Below are positions 1-9,799 of a stretch of 64,000 nucleotides of DNA, in pieces. The position numbers were made by a program, and so were the translations under genes. The DNA lies in assembly GCA_963837955.1 (NCBI GenBank), contig CAWIPH010000002.1, forward strand, positions 3,616,001-3,680,000. Reading direction: 5' to 3'. Below the pieces are notes generated by a model that saw only the letters and a program-made list of their open reading frames with translations, was not told the DNA's origin and did not search any database. Every line of letters begins with the position of its first letter. Within the stretch, counting starts at the first letter, position 1. Source of the DNA: an uncultured Verrucomicrobiae bacterium (GTDB lineage: Bacteria > Verrucomicrobiota > Verrucomicrobiia > Chthoniobacterales > JAFAMB01).

Positions 1-1
1 T

Positions 2-1069
2 GATAATCGCCTCCTCCGTCGCTTCCACAGTGGCTGCAAGCAAAGGATCAAGATCATCGTTTGCCAGGGTGGACCAGTGCTGGCGGCCCTCGCTACGCGC
101 GGGCACAGCGGTAGAAAAGGCAATAAACAGATCACCCGACGAGTTAGTGCTGACGCCGCCAGTGCGCGCCACACCGAGCGCTGCGCGTTTGGCCAATCGT
201 TTCAATTGCTGCGGCAGCAAGGGCGCATTGGTCGCAATGACCACCAGAATCGAACCCTCCCTCTTGGAATTCCTATGGATTACCGGTTGCAGATCGGTAA
301 TCTCCTTTCCGACCGGAACGCCAGCCACCATCAGGTTCTCCCGACTGCCGAAATTTGCCTGAACCAACACACCCACACAAAAACCGTCGGCGCTCTTCAC
401 CAGCACGCGGGAGGCGGTGCCGATGCCTGCCTTAAACCCAAAAGCGCGCATGCCCGTTCCTCCACCAACGTTACCTTCAGCTACCGCGCCGCTCTTGGCG
501 CCATCCAGGGCATGGAAAACATCCTCCTTTTTCACATGGAAACCGTTGATGTCATTAAGTTCGCCGTCCCAAGTTTCGCCAACCACCGGCAGGCTGAAAT
601 ATTGCGTGTTTGGAAATTTCCTGTTACCCCAATCCACGATCGCGTCATGTACCACACCAACGCTATGCGTGTTGGTCAGCAGCACCGGACCTTCCAAGAA
701 ACCCGATTCCTCAACCCATTCGCTACCAGTCATTTCTCCGTTGCCGTTAAAGGAAAACATTGCCGCAGGGACCGGCGTATTACTGTTATCTTTTCCGAGC
801 GGCAGAATGGCGGTGACACCGGTGCGAACGGGGCCTTGGCCAACGACCAGTTTGCCCTCGCCTTCAACCAGAGTCGTGTGGCCCACCTCGACGCCGTGCA
901 CATCCGTGATCGCATTGAGCTCGCCGGGCGTGCCCTCGAAAGGAATTCCTAGGTCGCGCGCTCGGATTACTCCGGTGGCGACGTAGGCGACCGCGGCGAC
1001 AGAGTGAAAACAACACAGCGCAACAATCACCGCCCCTCGGCCGAAGGTACTAGCCCGTTTAAGTGTCAT
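2..1069 (-). CDS. dmpA: P1/S58 family aminopeptidase (DmpA-like), runs off the left edge
   Basis: Own translation of minus strand from ATG 1069: RARDLGIPFEGTPGELNAITDVHGVEVGHTT, NGNGEMTG, and autoproteolysis site EG/SILVVIATNAP; hydrophobic N-terminus. Not in ORF track because no stop in window. Confidence 0.9.
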   Translation of the reverse strand, partial: MTLKRASTFGRGAVIVALCCFHSVAAVAYVATGVIRARDLGIPFEGTPGELNAITDVHGVEVGHTTLVEGEGKLVVGQGPVRTGVTAILPLGKDNSNTPVPAAMFSFNGNGEMTGSEWVEESGFLEGPVLLTNTHSVGVVHDAIVDWGNRKFPNTQYFSLPVVGETWDGELNDINGFHVKKEDVFHALDGAKSGAVAEGNVGGGTGMRAFGFKAGIGTASRVLVKSADGFCVGVLVQANFGSRENLMVAGVPVGKEITDLQPVIHRNSKREGSILVVIATNAPLLPQQLKRLAKRAALGVARTGGVSTNSSGDLFIAFSTAVPARSEGRQHWSTLANDDLDPLLAATVEATEEAII

Positions 1070-1177
1070 TTAGAGAAAGAGGCACCATATTTTTAAACAG
1101 AAGGAAGCAAAGGCTCGAGTTCACGTTTCTTGAACCTCACCAAAACATACCGAGATTCTGGGAGAAGAATCTTGTCC

Positions 1178-1654
1178 ATGGCAGAGATTAGCATCCGGTC
1201 AGCCGAATCCGCTGAAGAGATCGGCATCGTGCGAACATTGTTCGAGGAGTACGCTGCTTGGCTCGGATTTTCTCTTTGTTTCCAAGATTTCGATCAAGAA
1301 CTGGCGAACCTTCCCGGAAAGTATGCACCTCCTTCGGGTCGCCTGGTTCTGGCATGGTCTGGTTCCACGCCCGTTGGCTGCGGCGCATTGCGCTCCACCG
1401 ATCCGCTGATTTGCGAGATGAAGCGTCTTTACATCCGTCCCGAATTTCGCGGGCACGGCCTTGGCCGAAAAGTCGCAGAACACCTCATCCACGAAGCCAC
1501 CATTATTGGCTACTCGCTCATGCGGCTAGATACGATTCCAACAAAGATGGCAAAAGCCGGTAGTCTATATCATGCTCTTGGGTTCTACGAGATTCCGGCT
1601 TACTATCACAATCCGCACCGGGATGTCCGTTATCTGGAGCGACGGTTGCAGTAA
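1178..1654 (+). CDS. GNAT family N-acetyltransferase
   Basis: CEMKRLYIRPEFRGHGLGR acetyl-CoA motif, LYHALGFYEIPAYY; ATG at 1178. Confidence 0.9.
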   Translation: MAEISIRSAESAEEIGIVRTLFEEYAAWLGFSLCFQDFDQELANLPGKYAPPSGRLVLAWSGSTPVGCGALRSTDPLICEMKRLYIRPEFRGHGLGRKVAEHLIHEATIIGYSLMRLDTIPTKMAKAGSLYHALGFYEIPAYYHNPHRDVRYLERRLQ

Positions 1655-1810
1655 AGGATTCAGGCCCATTGCGATTTTTCGACCGAATAGGGTTTAGTCG
1701 GGCTCTAGATGCGCCTCCTGGGACCACCTTGCCAGGACACTCCCATTCGCGTCAAACACAAGAGACCCGATCATGATCGCGCAGCTCCGTCGGGGTGCTA
1801 AAGAAAATCA

Positions 1811-2093
1811 GTCCGGGCTTGTCCGCCGTAGCCCGGATGCCAGGCCACCAGCAAAGCGACTGCGCGAGGCGAAGGAGGGAGGGACCCGATGAAAGTAGCC
1901 CAGTCCGAAGTGCTGGGGATGGTGCGAAAGACAAGTCCGTCCCGTCAGGGACGATCGAAACCGTTGGTTCTTTGCCTCGCATGCGACTTCGCGAGCACAA
2001 GCAGACATCGATCGTCCCGTTCGGGACGGGTCGCTTTTTTGAACACCAACCCAGCACTTCGTACTGGGCTAGTTTCATTCTGCCCTCCGGGAC
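1811..2093. repeat. Long palindromic repeat family A, copy 1, with inserted mini-element at 1818-1879
   Basis: Arms atgaaagtagcccagtccgaagtgctggg / cccagcacttcgtactgggctagtttcat; similar copies at 34773, 44095, 47911. Confidence 0.85.
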
Positions 2094-2325
2094 TAGTTTT
2101 CTTTAGCCCCGCCCAGCTTACGGCGGGATAGCAGATCGGGAAGTAGTCTAGACTTTGCTTCCTTTGCTAACTTCTGTTCAAAAAAATCTTCGGAAGCTAT
2201 GCGATCTTCTGCGAGACACGGGTGCGTCGTCTTAGGGGAGAAGCCTCTACGAGCGCCGGGGACAAGCGGCTATGTCTTGTTTTCTCCTCCATGCTGCCGA
2301 CTTCCGACTTCCGGCACTGCAAGAC

Positions 2326-2381
2326 TCAAACGGTCGTATCAAACAAATGTTTCACTTGACTGTTTCAAACAGTTGTTTGAA
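2326..2381. promoter_or_regulatory. Putative TetR operators TCAAAC-N4-GTTTGA (3 copies) around a TTGACT -35 box
   Basis: tcaaacggtcgtatca 2326, tcaaacaaatgtttca 2339, ttcaaacagttgtttgaa 2364-2381, directly upstream of the TetR gene. Confidence 0.6.
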
Positions 2382-2426
2382 TATGGTCGCGTGGTAACTC
2401 GAGAACGACGCAGTCAAATCGAAACA

Positions 2427-3065
2427 ATGGAGGTCGGCGAGGAAAATACCCGCGACAAGATTCTCAATGCCGCCGGCGAAATCTTCGCCGAGTACGGATT
2501 TGAAGGCGCCACCATTCGGGCGATCACCGAACGGGCCGAGGTCAACGTGGCCGCAGTAAACTACCATTTTCGAGACAAAGCTGAACTTTACAACCGCGTT
2601 GTCGTGGACGCCTGCTCCGCCAGCGCGGCTTTGCATGACGTGATGGCTGAGGCCGCCGATTCACCTGAAGAAAGGTTGCACAGTCTGATCTGTCATTTCC
2701 TCGAGTACATGCTCGGCCCGGACCGGCCGGCTTGGAAGCGACGATTAATGGCCCGCGAGATGGCCAACCCGACTACTGCGCTCGATGAGCTCGTCGAAAA
2801 GAATATCCGGCCGTTACGAGATGATTTCCTGATGCCCACTCTGCGGGAACTCACTGACGGCCGCTTCAATCGACGGCAGCTGAGCCTACTCGGTTCAAGT
2901 GTCATGGGTCAATGTCTCTACTTCCATCAGTCCCGGCCAATTATCGAGCGGCTAAATCCCGATTTCAAAATCGGTAAGGCCGAAATCGAAGAGATAGCCG
3001 ACCACATTGCCCGCTTTTCGCTAGCTGCCATTGCCGAACTGACTCGCCAGGCACGCCGTTCTTAA
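2427..3065 (+). CDS. TetR family regulator (CecR/DUF1956-like C-terminus)
   Basis: TRDKILNAAGEIFAEYGFEGATIRAITERAEVNVAAVNYHFRDKAELY HTH; ATG 2427. Confidence 0.9.
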   Translation: MEVGEENTRDKILNAAGEIFAEYGFEGATIRAITERAEVNVAAVNYHFRDKAELYNRVVVDACSASAALHDVMAEAADSPEERLHSLICHFLEYMLGPDRPAWKRRLMAREMANPTTALDELVEKNIRPLRDDFLMPTLRELTDGRFNRRQLSLLGSSVMGQCLYFHQSRPIIERLNPDFKIGKAEIEEIADHIARFSLAAIAELTRQARRS

Positions 3066-3083
3066 CCTGACCCATTGAGCCCC

Positions 3084-4295
3084 ATGAGCGCTTCCTCCGC
3101 TACGACATCGCCTCCTCATCCCAAAGCCGCGAATCCGGTTCGACCGCCGGCGGCCGGGCCGGTCCCTCCTGCAAATACGGCGAATCCGACGCGGTCCGGT
3201 CGTCGTCTCGTCGTTCTTTGCGCCGTTGGCGCACTACTCTTGGGCGGAGGCACCTTTTGGTACATCAGCAACGCTGGCTATGAAACGACCGACGATGCGA
3301 CCATCGAGGGGCACGTGATCCAAGTTAGCCCAAAACTTTCGACCCATGTTAAAGCCGTCCATTTTGACGATAACTACCAAGTCAAGAAGGGTGATCTGTT
3401 AATCGAATTGGATTCCCGCGACTATGAAGTCAGTCTGGCTGGCGCCATGGCTAGCCTGGCGTCGGCCCAAAGCAGACTGACGGAAGCAGAAGCGCAGCAA
3501 ACCGTAGCCCAAGCAGGCCTCGGACAGGCAACAGCAGATCTGGCCAGTGCTCAGGCAACCGCGGACAATGACGAATCGGACCTCAAACGGAACGAACATC
3601 TGTTCCAGACTCATGTGATCGATCGACGTGAGTATGACGCTTCGGTCGCTCAGGCCAAAAGCGCTGCCGCCAATGTGGAGTCCGCCACAAAAAAAATCGC
3701 TTCCCAGGAGGCTCAAGTTCGACTGACTTCTGCTCAGTATGTCACCGCCTCTTCTACAGAGAGACAGGCGGAAGCCCAACTGCGGCAGGCGCAGTTACAA
3801 TTATCCTATACCCAGATCTTCGCTCCTTTTGACGGCCGAGTAACTAAGAAGAGTGTAGAGCCGGGCAACTATGTCCAACCAGGTCAAACCCTCTTTTCAC
3901 TCGTTCCGCCCGACGTCTGGGTAGTTGCCAATTTCAAAGAGACTCAGCTGAAGCAAATGAAAGTTGGGCAGCCGGTTTCCGTGCGGGTTGATGCGATTCC
4001 CGGTCGTGATTTCAGCGCCCACGTCGAAAGCTTTCAGATCGGTACTGGTAGCCGATTCACTTTGTTGCCGCCGGAAAATGCGACCGGAAATTTTGTGAAG
4101 GTCGTGCAACGTGTGCCGGTGAAGATCGTCTTCGACGAACCGTTGGCAGATCTCGATCGGCTCTGGCCGGGTGAATCGGTCGAACCGAAGGTTAATGTCC
4201 ACGATAACTCTGCCAAACGCGGTCAACGCGCTGAGCCGCTTCCGCCGGCCATACTCGGTGCCGCCAACGATCCTGTTGCGATCGCGGAGAAATGA
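3084..4295 (+). CDS. emrA: HlyD/EmrA family efflux membrane fusion protein
   Basis: TDDATIEG, IFAPFDGRV, VANFKETQL, LLPPENATGNFVKVVQRVPVKI. Confidence 0.92.
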   Translation: MSASSATTSPPHPKAANPVRPPAAGPVPPANTANPTRSGRRLVVLCAVGALLLGGGTFWYISNAGYETTDDATIEGHVIQVSPKLSTHVKAVHFDDNYQVKKGDLLIELDSRDYEVSLAGAMASLASAQSRLTEAEAQQTVAQAGLGQATADLASAQATADNDESDLKRNEHLFQTHVIDRREYDASVAQAKSAAANVESATKKIASQEAQVRLTSAQYVTASSTERQAEAQLRQAQLQLSYTQIFAPFDGRVTKKSVEPGNYVQPGQTLFSLVPPDVWVVANFKETQLKQMKVGQPVSVRVDAIPGRDFSAHVESFQIGTGSRFTLLPPENATGNFVKVVQRVPVKIVFDEPLADLDRLWPGESVEPKVNVHDNSAKRGQRAEPLPPAILGAANDPVAIAEK

Positions 4296-4346
4296 GCCCA
4301 TTCGCGCTAATCGACTCCGGAAGGAAACAATTCGGCAAACGAGCAC

Positions 4347-5936
4347 ATGAGTCACGCAATCACGCCAAGCGGACGTTCGATAAATCCATGGTGGATCGGA
4401 TTGACGCTGACCATCGCCACCTTCATGGAGCTGCTGGATACCAGCATTGCGAACGTCTCGCTCCCGCACATCGCGGGCGGTCTCGGAACCAGTCTCGACG
4501 AAGCAACTTGGGTCCTGACCAGTTACCTGGTAGCCAACGCCGTCGTTCTTCCACTGAGCGCCTGGTTGAGTCGCGTCTTCGGTCGAAAGAACTACTACAT
4601 GACTTGCGTCGCCCTATTCACGCTCAGCTCGTTCTTTTGCGGGATAGCTCCGAACCTCGGTACCTTGATTTTTTGCCGGGTGCTGCAGGGAATTGCTGGC
4701 GGCGGCCTAGCTCCCTCGGAACAGTCCATGCTGGTGGATGCCTTCCCGCCAGCCAAACGCGCAGCGGCCTTTGGGCTCTACAGTATGGCTATCGTGCTGG
4801 CTCCGGCTCTTGGACCGACTCTCGGTGGGTGGATAACAGATAATTCCTCCTGGCGCTGGGTCTTCCTCATTAACATTCCGGTCGGCTTCCTGTCGCTTTT
4901 CCTGACAAGCCGGCTAGTCACCGATCCGCCCGCATTTACCGAAGAGCGCCGCCGGATCAAGGCTTCCGGTAAGGCTCAGGTCGATTACCTTGGAATTCTG
5001 TTGTTCGCGGTCGGCTTCGGGTTTCTAGAGGTCGTCCTCGATAAGGGTCAAGAGGATGATTGGTTCAGCAGCCCATTCATCACCACATTCACAGTGATCA
5101 GTGTGATTGCGCTGATCGTTGCCGTTATTTGGGAGCTTCACCACAAAGATCCGGTGGTCGATTTGACGCTATTGGGAAATCGAAACTTCGCACTGGCTTG
5201 CATACTGTTTTTCTTGTTCGGATTTATCCTGTTCTGCAGCACCGTGCTGATGCCTCAACTCTTGCAAACGCTGGACAACTACGACGCTACTACGGCCGGA
5301 ATGGCGCTGACTCCTGGAGCTCTGGTTATTGTGGCCATGGCACCGTTCGTCGTACGACTCACCCCGATCGTCGGAGCGAAACGGCTTATTTTGATTGGGT
5401 TCTTCTTCTTGGCGGTGGCGGTGTGGCATTTGGGGAATCTCAGTCTGACCGCCGACTATTGGGTCTTCGCCCAAGCGCGCATGCTGCAAGGATTTGGGCT
5501 CGGATTTCTGATCGTCCCGATCACGCAGGTCGCCTATTCCTATCTTCCGCTAGAGAAGAACAATAAGGCGAGCAGTCTCACGAATCTATTTCGCAACGAG
5601 GGCGCCAGTTTTGGTATCACGTTTGCAAACACCATGTTGGCACAGCGCGGCCAATTTCATCAAAGTGTACTTGCGCAGCACCTAACTCCCGACAACTCAA
5701 TTTACCGCGATTGGCTGCAACGAGTAACCAGCGCATTCATGCATGCCGGATATTCGGCCGTGGAGGCAGCGAACCGAGCTGAGGCCCAATTGTATAGCGT
5801 TTTAAATCAGCAGGCGTCGCTACTCTCCTACCTTGATTCGTTTGTCGGCCTGATCGTCGCAGCCTGCGCCGGCCTGGCTTTCGCGTTGGTCATCAAGAAT
5901 TTCAGGCCGCCCGGTAAACCCGCGGACGCGCATTGA
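4347..5936 (+). CDS. emrB: DHA2 family MFS efflux permease (EmrB-like)
   Basis: FMELLDTSIANVSLPHIAG, WVLTSYLVANA, many TM segments; follows emrA. Confidence 0.92.
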   Translation: MSHAITPSGRSINPWWIGLTLTIATFMELLDTSIANVSLPHIAGGLGTSLDEATWVLTSYLVANAVVLPLSAWLSRVFGRKNYYMTCVALFTLSSFFCGIAPNLGTLIFCRVLQGIAGGGLAPSEQSMLVDAFPPAKRAAAFGLYSMAIVLAPALGPTLGGWITDNSSWRWVFLINIPVGFLSLFLTSRLVTDPPAFTEERRRIKASGKAQVDYLGILLFAVGFGFLEVVLDKGQEDDWFSSPFITTFTVISVIALIVAVIWELHHKDPVVDLTLLGNRNFALACILFFLFGFILFCSTVLMPQLLQTLDNYDATTAGMALTPGALVIVAMAPFVVRLTPIVGAKRLILIGFFFLAVAVWHLGNLSLTADYWVFAQARMLQGFGLGFLIVPITQVAYSYLPLEKNNKASSLTNLFRNEGASFGITFANTMLAQRGQFHQSVLAQHLTPDNSIYRDWLQRVTSAFMHAGYSAVEAANRAEAQLYSVLNQQASLLSYLDSFVGLIVAACAGLAFALVIKNFRPPGKPADAH

Positions 5937-6142
5937 GGTAGGGCGGATGCTCCAGCCTCCGCAATGCGGTGCGCGATTGGTCGAGCACTCGATGCCGGAG
6001 CCACAGGATCCGGACTACGCTCAACGGTAGGGCGGATGCTCCAGCCTCCGCAATGCGATGTGTGATTGGCCAAGCGCTCGATTCCGGAGCCAGAGGATCC
6101 GGACTACGCTCGATGGTGGGCGGAGTCGGGTTTCGCCCTACC
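5937..6142. repeat. Tandem 89-bp GTAG-type repeat (2 units plus partial third)
   Basis: Units begin ggtagggcggatgctccagcctccgcaatgcg at 5937 and 6026; third starts 6115 and closes with ttcgccctacc. Confidence 0.85.
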
Positions 6143-6240
6143 AATCAGGGATTACCAACCAGGGATGATTACTACGTCGGCAGCGGTCCCGAAAATATCC
6201 GAACGATGTGGTAAAGTATCGAACGCGCGGGAGCGCGTCC

Positions 6241-7668
6241 CTACCCTCCGAAATTCACAACTAGGGTCTTTGGCTCGGTCATCTCCTCCATGGCATACTT
6301 CACGCCTTCACGGCCGAAGCCGCTCAGCTTTACTCCTCCATAAGGCATGTTCTCCACCCGATAGGTCGGCACCTGGTTAATGAGCACGGCCGCTACTTCG
6401 AGTGATTCGTACGCTTGGTGAGCGAGTTTCAGATCACGCGTAAACACCCCGGTTTGCATCCCCCATTGTGAATGATTCACTTTGGCGATCGCGTCGGCGA
6501 AGTCATCGTACGGTTCAAGCACAACAACCGGAGCGAATGCTTCTTCGCAGCTAATCGGTTGATCTTCCGGCACCTGCTCCAGGACAATCGGTCCGACACA
6601 CTGACCATCGATCGTCTTTTCCGTGGCCAGTTTCGCACCTGCCGCAACCGCTTGATCAACCCACTTGGAAACCTTTTGCACCGCCTCCGGCGCAATCATC
6701 GGACCAATCACCGTCTCGCGACCGCGCGGATCGCCGGTTTTCACTTTGTCTCTTACGTAACCGAGGAAAGCATCTCGAAATGCTCCATAGATTCGGCTCT
6801 GCACGTAAACCCTTTGCACGCTAATGCAAGATTGACCGGCATAGCCAAAAGCGCCGTTGGCAATCGGCGCAATCTTGCTTTCCCACTCGGCATCCGTGTG
6901 AACGATGGCAGCTGCGTTACCGCCAAGTTCCAGGCAAACTTTTTTGGTATTACATTTTTCTTTAATCTTCCAACCGACGGCAGCGCTGCCGGTGAACGAA
7001 ACCATTTTAACCCGTTCGTCGGTATAGTAAGGTTCCATCAGACCGACATCGAAAGGCACGATATTGACTAACCCAGCCGGAACACCGGCTTCCTGTAGCG
7101 ATTCAGCCAGAAGGAAAGCGGTAAGCACCGTCCGCGGCGACGGTTTAATAACGATAGAATTACCCGCGGCTAGGGCCGGAGCCACCTTGTGAGCAACGAG
7201 ATTGAGCGGAAAATTGAACGGCGTAATTCCAAAGATCACTCCAATCGGGAAGCGGCGCACTGAACCGGCATGCTTTTTCCCCCATTCACTTCCGTCCATC
7301 GCGATGAGTTCACCATGGGACTGGCGGCATTCCGAGGATGCAAAGAGAAAAGTGTGTTGAGCACGCGCCACCTCTGCCTCGGCCAGAGTAACCGGTTTGC
7401 CCGCTTCTTGAATCAACAGGTCGACAAATTCCTGGTTCCGGCGCTTGATAACAGCGGCGACTTCGCTGAGGAAGAGCGCTCGTGCCGCCGGAGTTAATTC
7501 GCGGTTGCGCAAAAAGGCTTCATGCGCGGATTGAAACGCCTGTTCTACTTGTTCGGGACGCGCCTGAAAGTAGCTGCCGATCAGCTCATGCGTATAGGGG
7601 TTCCTCACTTCGCATGATTGGGTGGAACTGACCCAATCGCCCCCGATTAAAAATGCTTTGGGAGTCAT
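6241..7668 (-). CDS. NAD(P)-dependent aldehyde dehydrogenase, non-CoA-acylating type (lactaldehyde dehydrogenase/y4uC-like)
   Basis: GITPFNFPLNLVAHK, FTGS, LELGGNA, catalytic Cys in GQSCISVQR, EEAFAPV, MPYGGVKLSGFGREG. Confidence 0.92.
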   Translation of the reverse strand: MTPKAFLIGGDWVSSTQSCEVRNPYTHELIGSYFQARPEQVEQAFQSAHEAFLRNRELTPAARALFLSEVAAVIKRRNQEFVDLLIQEAGKPVTLAEAEVARAQHTFLFASSECRQSHGELIAMDGSEWGKKHAGSVRRFPIGVIFGITPFNFPLNLVAHKVAPALAAGNSIVIKPSPRTVLTAFLLAESLQEAGVPAGLVNIVPFDVGLMEPYYTDERVKMVSFTGSAAVGWKIKEKCNTKKVCLELGGNAAAIVHTDAEWESKIAPIANGAFGYAGQSCISVQRVYVQSRIYGAFRDAFLGYVRDKVKTGDPRGRETVIGPMIAPEAVQKVSKWVDQAVAAGAKLATEKTIDGQCVGPIVLEQVPEDQPISCEEAFAPVVVLEPYDDFADAIAKVNHSQWGMQTGVFTRDLKLAHQAYESLEVAAVLINQVPTYRVENMPYGGVKLSGFGREGVKYAMEEMTEPKTLVVNFGG

Positions 7669-7683
7669 AACAGCAATTTCTTT

Positions 7684-8529
7684 CTAATCATCTTTCGCTT
7701 CCAGATCCTCAGCGATTCTGTGCTCCAGTTCGCTCGTCGGTCCGGTATCTCGTTTCGCAATAAGATCGAGCTCAACGGCAAGTTCGTCTAATTCCTCTCC
7801 GCCTGCCATCATTTGCAATAATTTTTCGCGGTGGGTATCGGCCTTGCGGAAGGTCCCGTAGCTCCGGCCACGATTGAGGACGGTAAAGGTGTCACCGACC
7901 GCCCACGCATGGTGCACGTTATGGGTGATGAAGATGACGCCGATCCCTTTGGCCTTGGATTGAACGGTATACTTCAAAACAACCGCAGCCTCTTTCACGC
8001 CAAGCGCCGAAGTCGGTTCGTCCAGGATCAGCACCTTCGCACCAAAATAGACGGCGCGGGCGATCGCTACCGCCTGCCGTTCTCCGCCCGATAAAGTCCC
8101 GACCGCTTGGTCCGGGTCGCGCAGCCGGATCCCGATCTTTCTTAACTCTTCGGCTGTGATCTTTTCCGCGCTGGCGGAATCGAATACCTGGACTGGCCCG
8201 AAACTCTTTTTCGGTTCGCGTCCGAGGAAAAAGTTTCGGGTGATGCTCATTAACGGCAGCATCGCCAAATCTTGGAACACCGTAGCGATGCCAAGGTCAA
8301 GCGCTTGCCTTGGAGAATCCAATTCTACCCGGCTGTTCAGAAAACGGAACTCACCGCGGGTTGGCCGATGGACACCCGAAAGTATCTTGATCAAAGTCGA
8401 CTTTCCTGCGCCGTTGTCGCCAAGTAAGCAGTGCACTTCGCCCGGGAACAACTTGAACGAGATATCCTGAAGCGCCGTTACCTTTCCAAAAACCTTGTCG
8501 ATCCCGTGCAACTCAATGATCGGTTCCAT
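7684..8529 (-). CDS. Sugar (inositol) ABC transporter ATP-binding protein
   Basis: Walker [22 protein letters not shown]; start uncertain (8529-8574). Confidence 0.9.
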   Translation of the reverse strand: MEPIIELHGIDKVFGKVTALQDISFKLFPGEVHCLLGDNGAGKSTLIKILSGVHRPTRGEFRFLNSRVELDSPRQALDLGIATVFQDLAMLPLMSITRNFFLGREPKKSFGPVQVFDSASAEKITAEELRKIGIRLRDPDQAVGTLSGGERQAVAIARAVYFGAKVLILDEPTSALGVKEAAVVLKYTVQSKAKGIGVIFITHNVHHAWAVGDTFTVLNRGRSYGTFRKADTHREKLLQMMAGGEELDELAVELDLIAKRDTGPTSELEHRIAEDLEAKDD

Positions 8530-8570
8530 TAGTTTCGCCGTTGTTTGGGAATTAACCATAACCGGGTGCC

Positions 8571-9557
8571 TCAATTCGAACGTAGGGCCTGATGTCGTAG
8601 ATAGCTATTCAACAACACTGCAGCCAATAGCATCCCGCCCAACACCGCTCTGAACCAATCCGTGCTGATCCCGGTGTAGAAGATCCCTTGCTGAACCATG
8701 CCAAGGATCAACGCGCCGATCGTAGCCCCGAAGACCGATCCGTAGCCCCCGGTGAGAAGACATCCACCGATCACCGCGGCGGCAATTGACTCCAGTTCCT
8801 TCTGTTCACCTCGCAACACGTCTGCTGAACCCGTGTTCAACACTTGGATTACCGCCAGGAGCGTGGCAGAGGCGGCGGTCATCATGAACAGGGAAATTTT
8901 GACGCGAGCAACTGGTACGCCTACGTTGCGTGCGGCCAGCGCGTCCCCGCCAGAAGCGAAAATCCAGTTTCCATACGGGGTTTTGAACAGCACCCAACCC
9001 AGAACTATGGTGAGGACAATCCACCACCAGATGGAAATCGGTAATCCGAGTGGGCGCCCCGTGAAGATGATAGCGAGCAGATCGCCCTCGATATAGGCTC
9101 GCAGGCCGGATGCTCGAGTGAAGTTAGTAAATAGGAGGGTCAAGCCAATCGTAAATCCTCGTAATAGGTAGAGTGATGCCAGGGTAATAATAAATGAGGG
9201 AAGGCGAGTTTTCACAACCAGCCAACCGTTCACGTAGCCGATCAGCAAAGAGAACGAGAAAGCTAGTATAATTCCGAGCCAGAGTGGCCAGCCAAATTGA
9301 CTAACCGGAATAGCGATAATCATTCCAGCTGCGCCGATCATTGAGCCCACTGAGAGATCAAACTCACCGGCTATCATCAACAGCGACACCGCAGTAGCCA
9401 AAATCCCCAGCTGTGCCGAGACCTCAAGATAGTTGATCGTTCCTTGGGCCGACAAAAATCCCTGCTGACCTGCGACCGTGGCAAATAGAGCAAAGATGGC
9501 GATGGCCGCAATGCACGCCCCGAGCTCGGGCCGAACAAGCATTTTTCGCAGATTCAC
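8571..9557 (-). CDS. Sugar (inositol) ABC transporter permease
   Basis: [30 protein letters not shown] (RbsC-like). Confidence 0.9.
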   Translation of the reverse strand: MNLRKMLVRPELGACIAAIAIFALFATVAGQQGFLSAQGTINYLEVSAQLGILATAVSLLMIAGEFDLSVGSMIGAAGMIIAIPVSQFGWPLWLGIILAFSFSLLIGYVNGWLVVKTRLPSFIITLASLYLLRGFTIGLTLLFTNFTRASGLRAYIEGDLLAIIFTGRPLGLPISIWWWIVLTIVLGWVLFKTPYGNWIFASGGDALAARNVGVPVARVKISLFMMTAASATLLAVIQVLNTGSADVLRGEQKELESIAAAVIGGCLLTGGYGSVFGATIGALILGMVQQGIFYTGISTDWFRAVLGGMLLAAVLLNSYLRHQALRSN

Positions 9558-9576
9558 AGCGCGCCTTCCAGTTTAA

Positions 9577-9776
9577 GAATGGAGTATTGGAGTGTTGGAG
9601 TAATGGAGTAAGGCGTGGCTGCTGGCGAGGTAGATCATGTTGGATTCATCGATGACCAGCGTTTCGATCCTGGCGCAGTGCGGGACGGCAGTCCCTTCCA
9701 TCGAAACCTCGTTTGCGTCCCGGAGGCTCTCTCCATCATCGCACGACTCCAACATTCCATCACTCCATTACTCCAT
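9577..9776. repeat. Inverted arms of four 8-mer units each, enclosing 134 bp
   Basis: atggagtattggagtgttggagtaatggagt vs actccaacattccatcactccattactccat. Confidence 0.8.
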
Positions 9777-9799
9777 CTCGATCACTCCTCCGCTCTATC

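Noticed and set aside
30..986. Plus-strand ORFs of 110-291 aa
   Set aside because: Antisense shadows of the minus-strand DmpA gene.
1752..2131. ORFs such as MKVAQSEVLG/MKLAQYEVLG, also near 43807-44439 and 48002-48394
   Set aside because: Translations of the palindromic repeat; they appear on both strands and frames are not conserved between copies.
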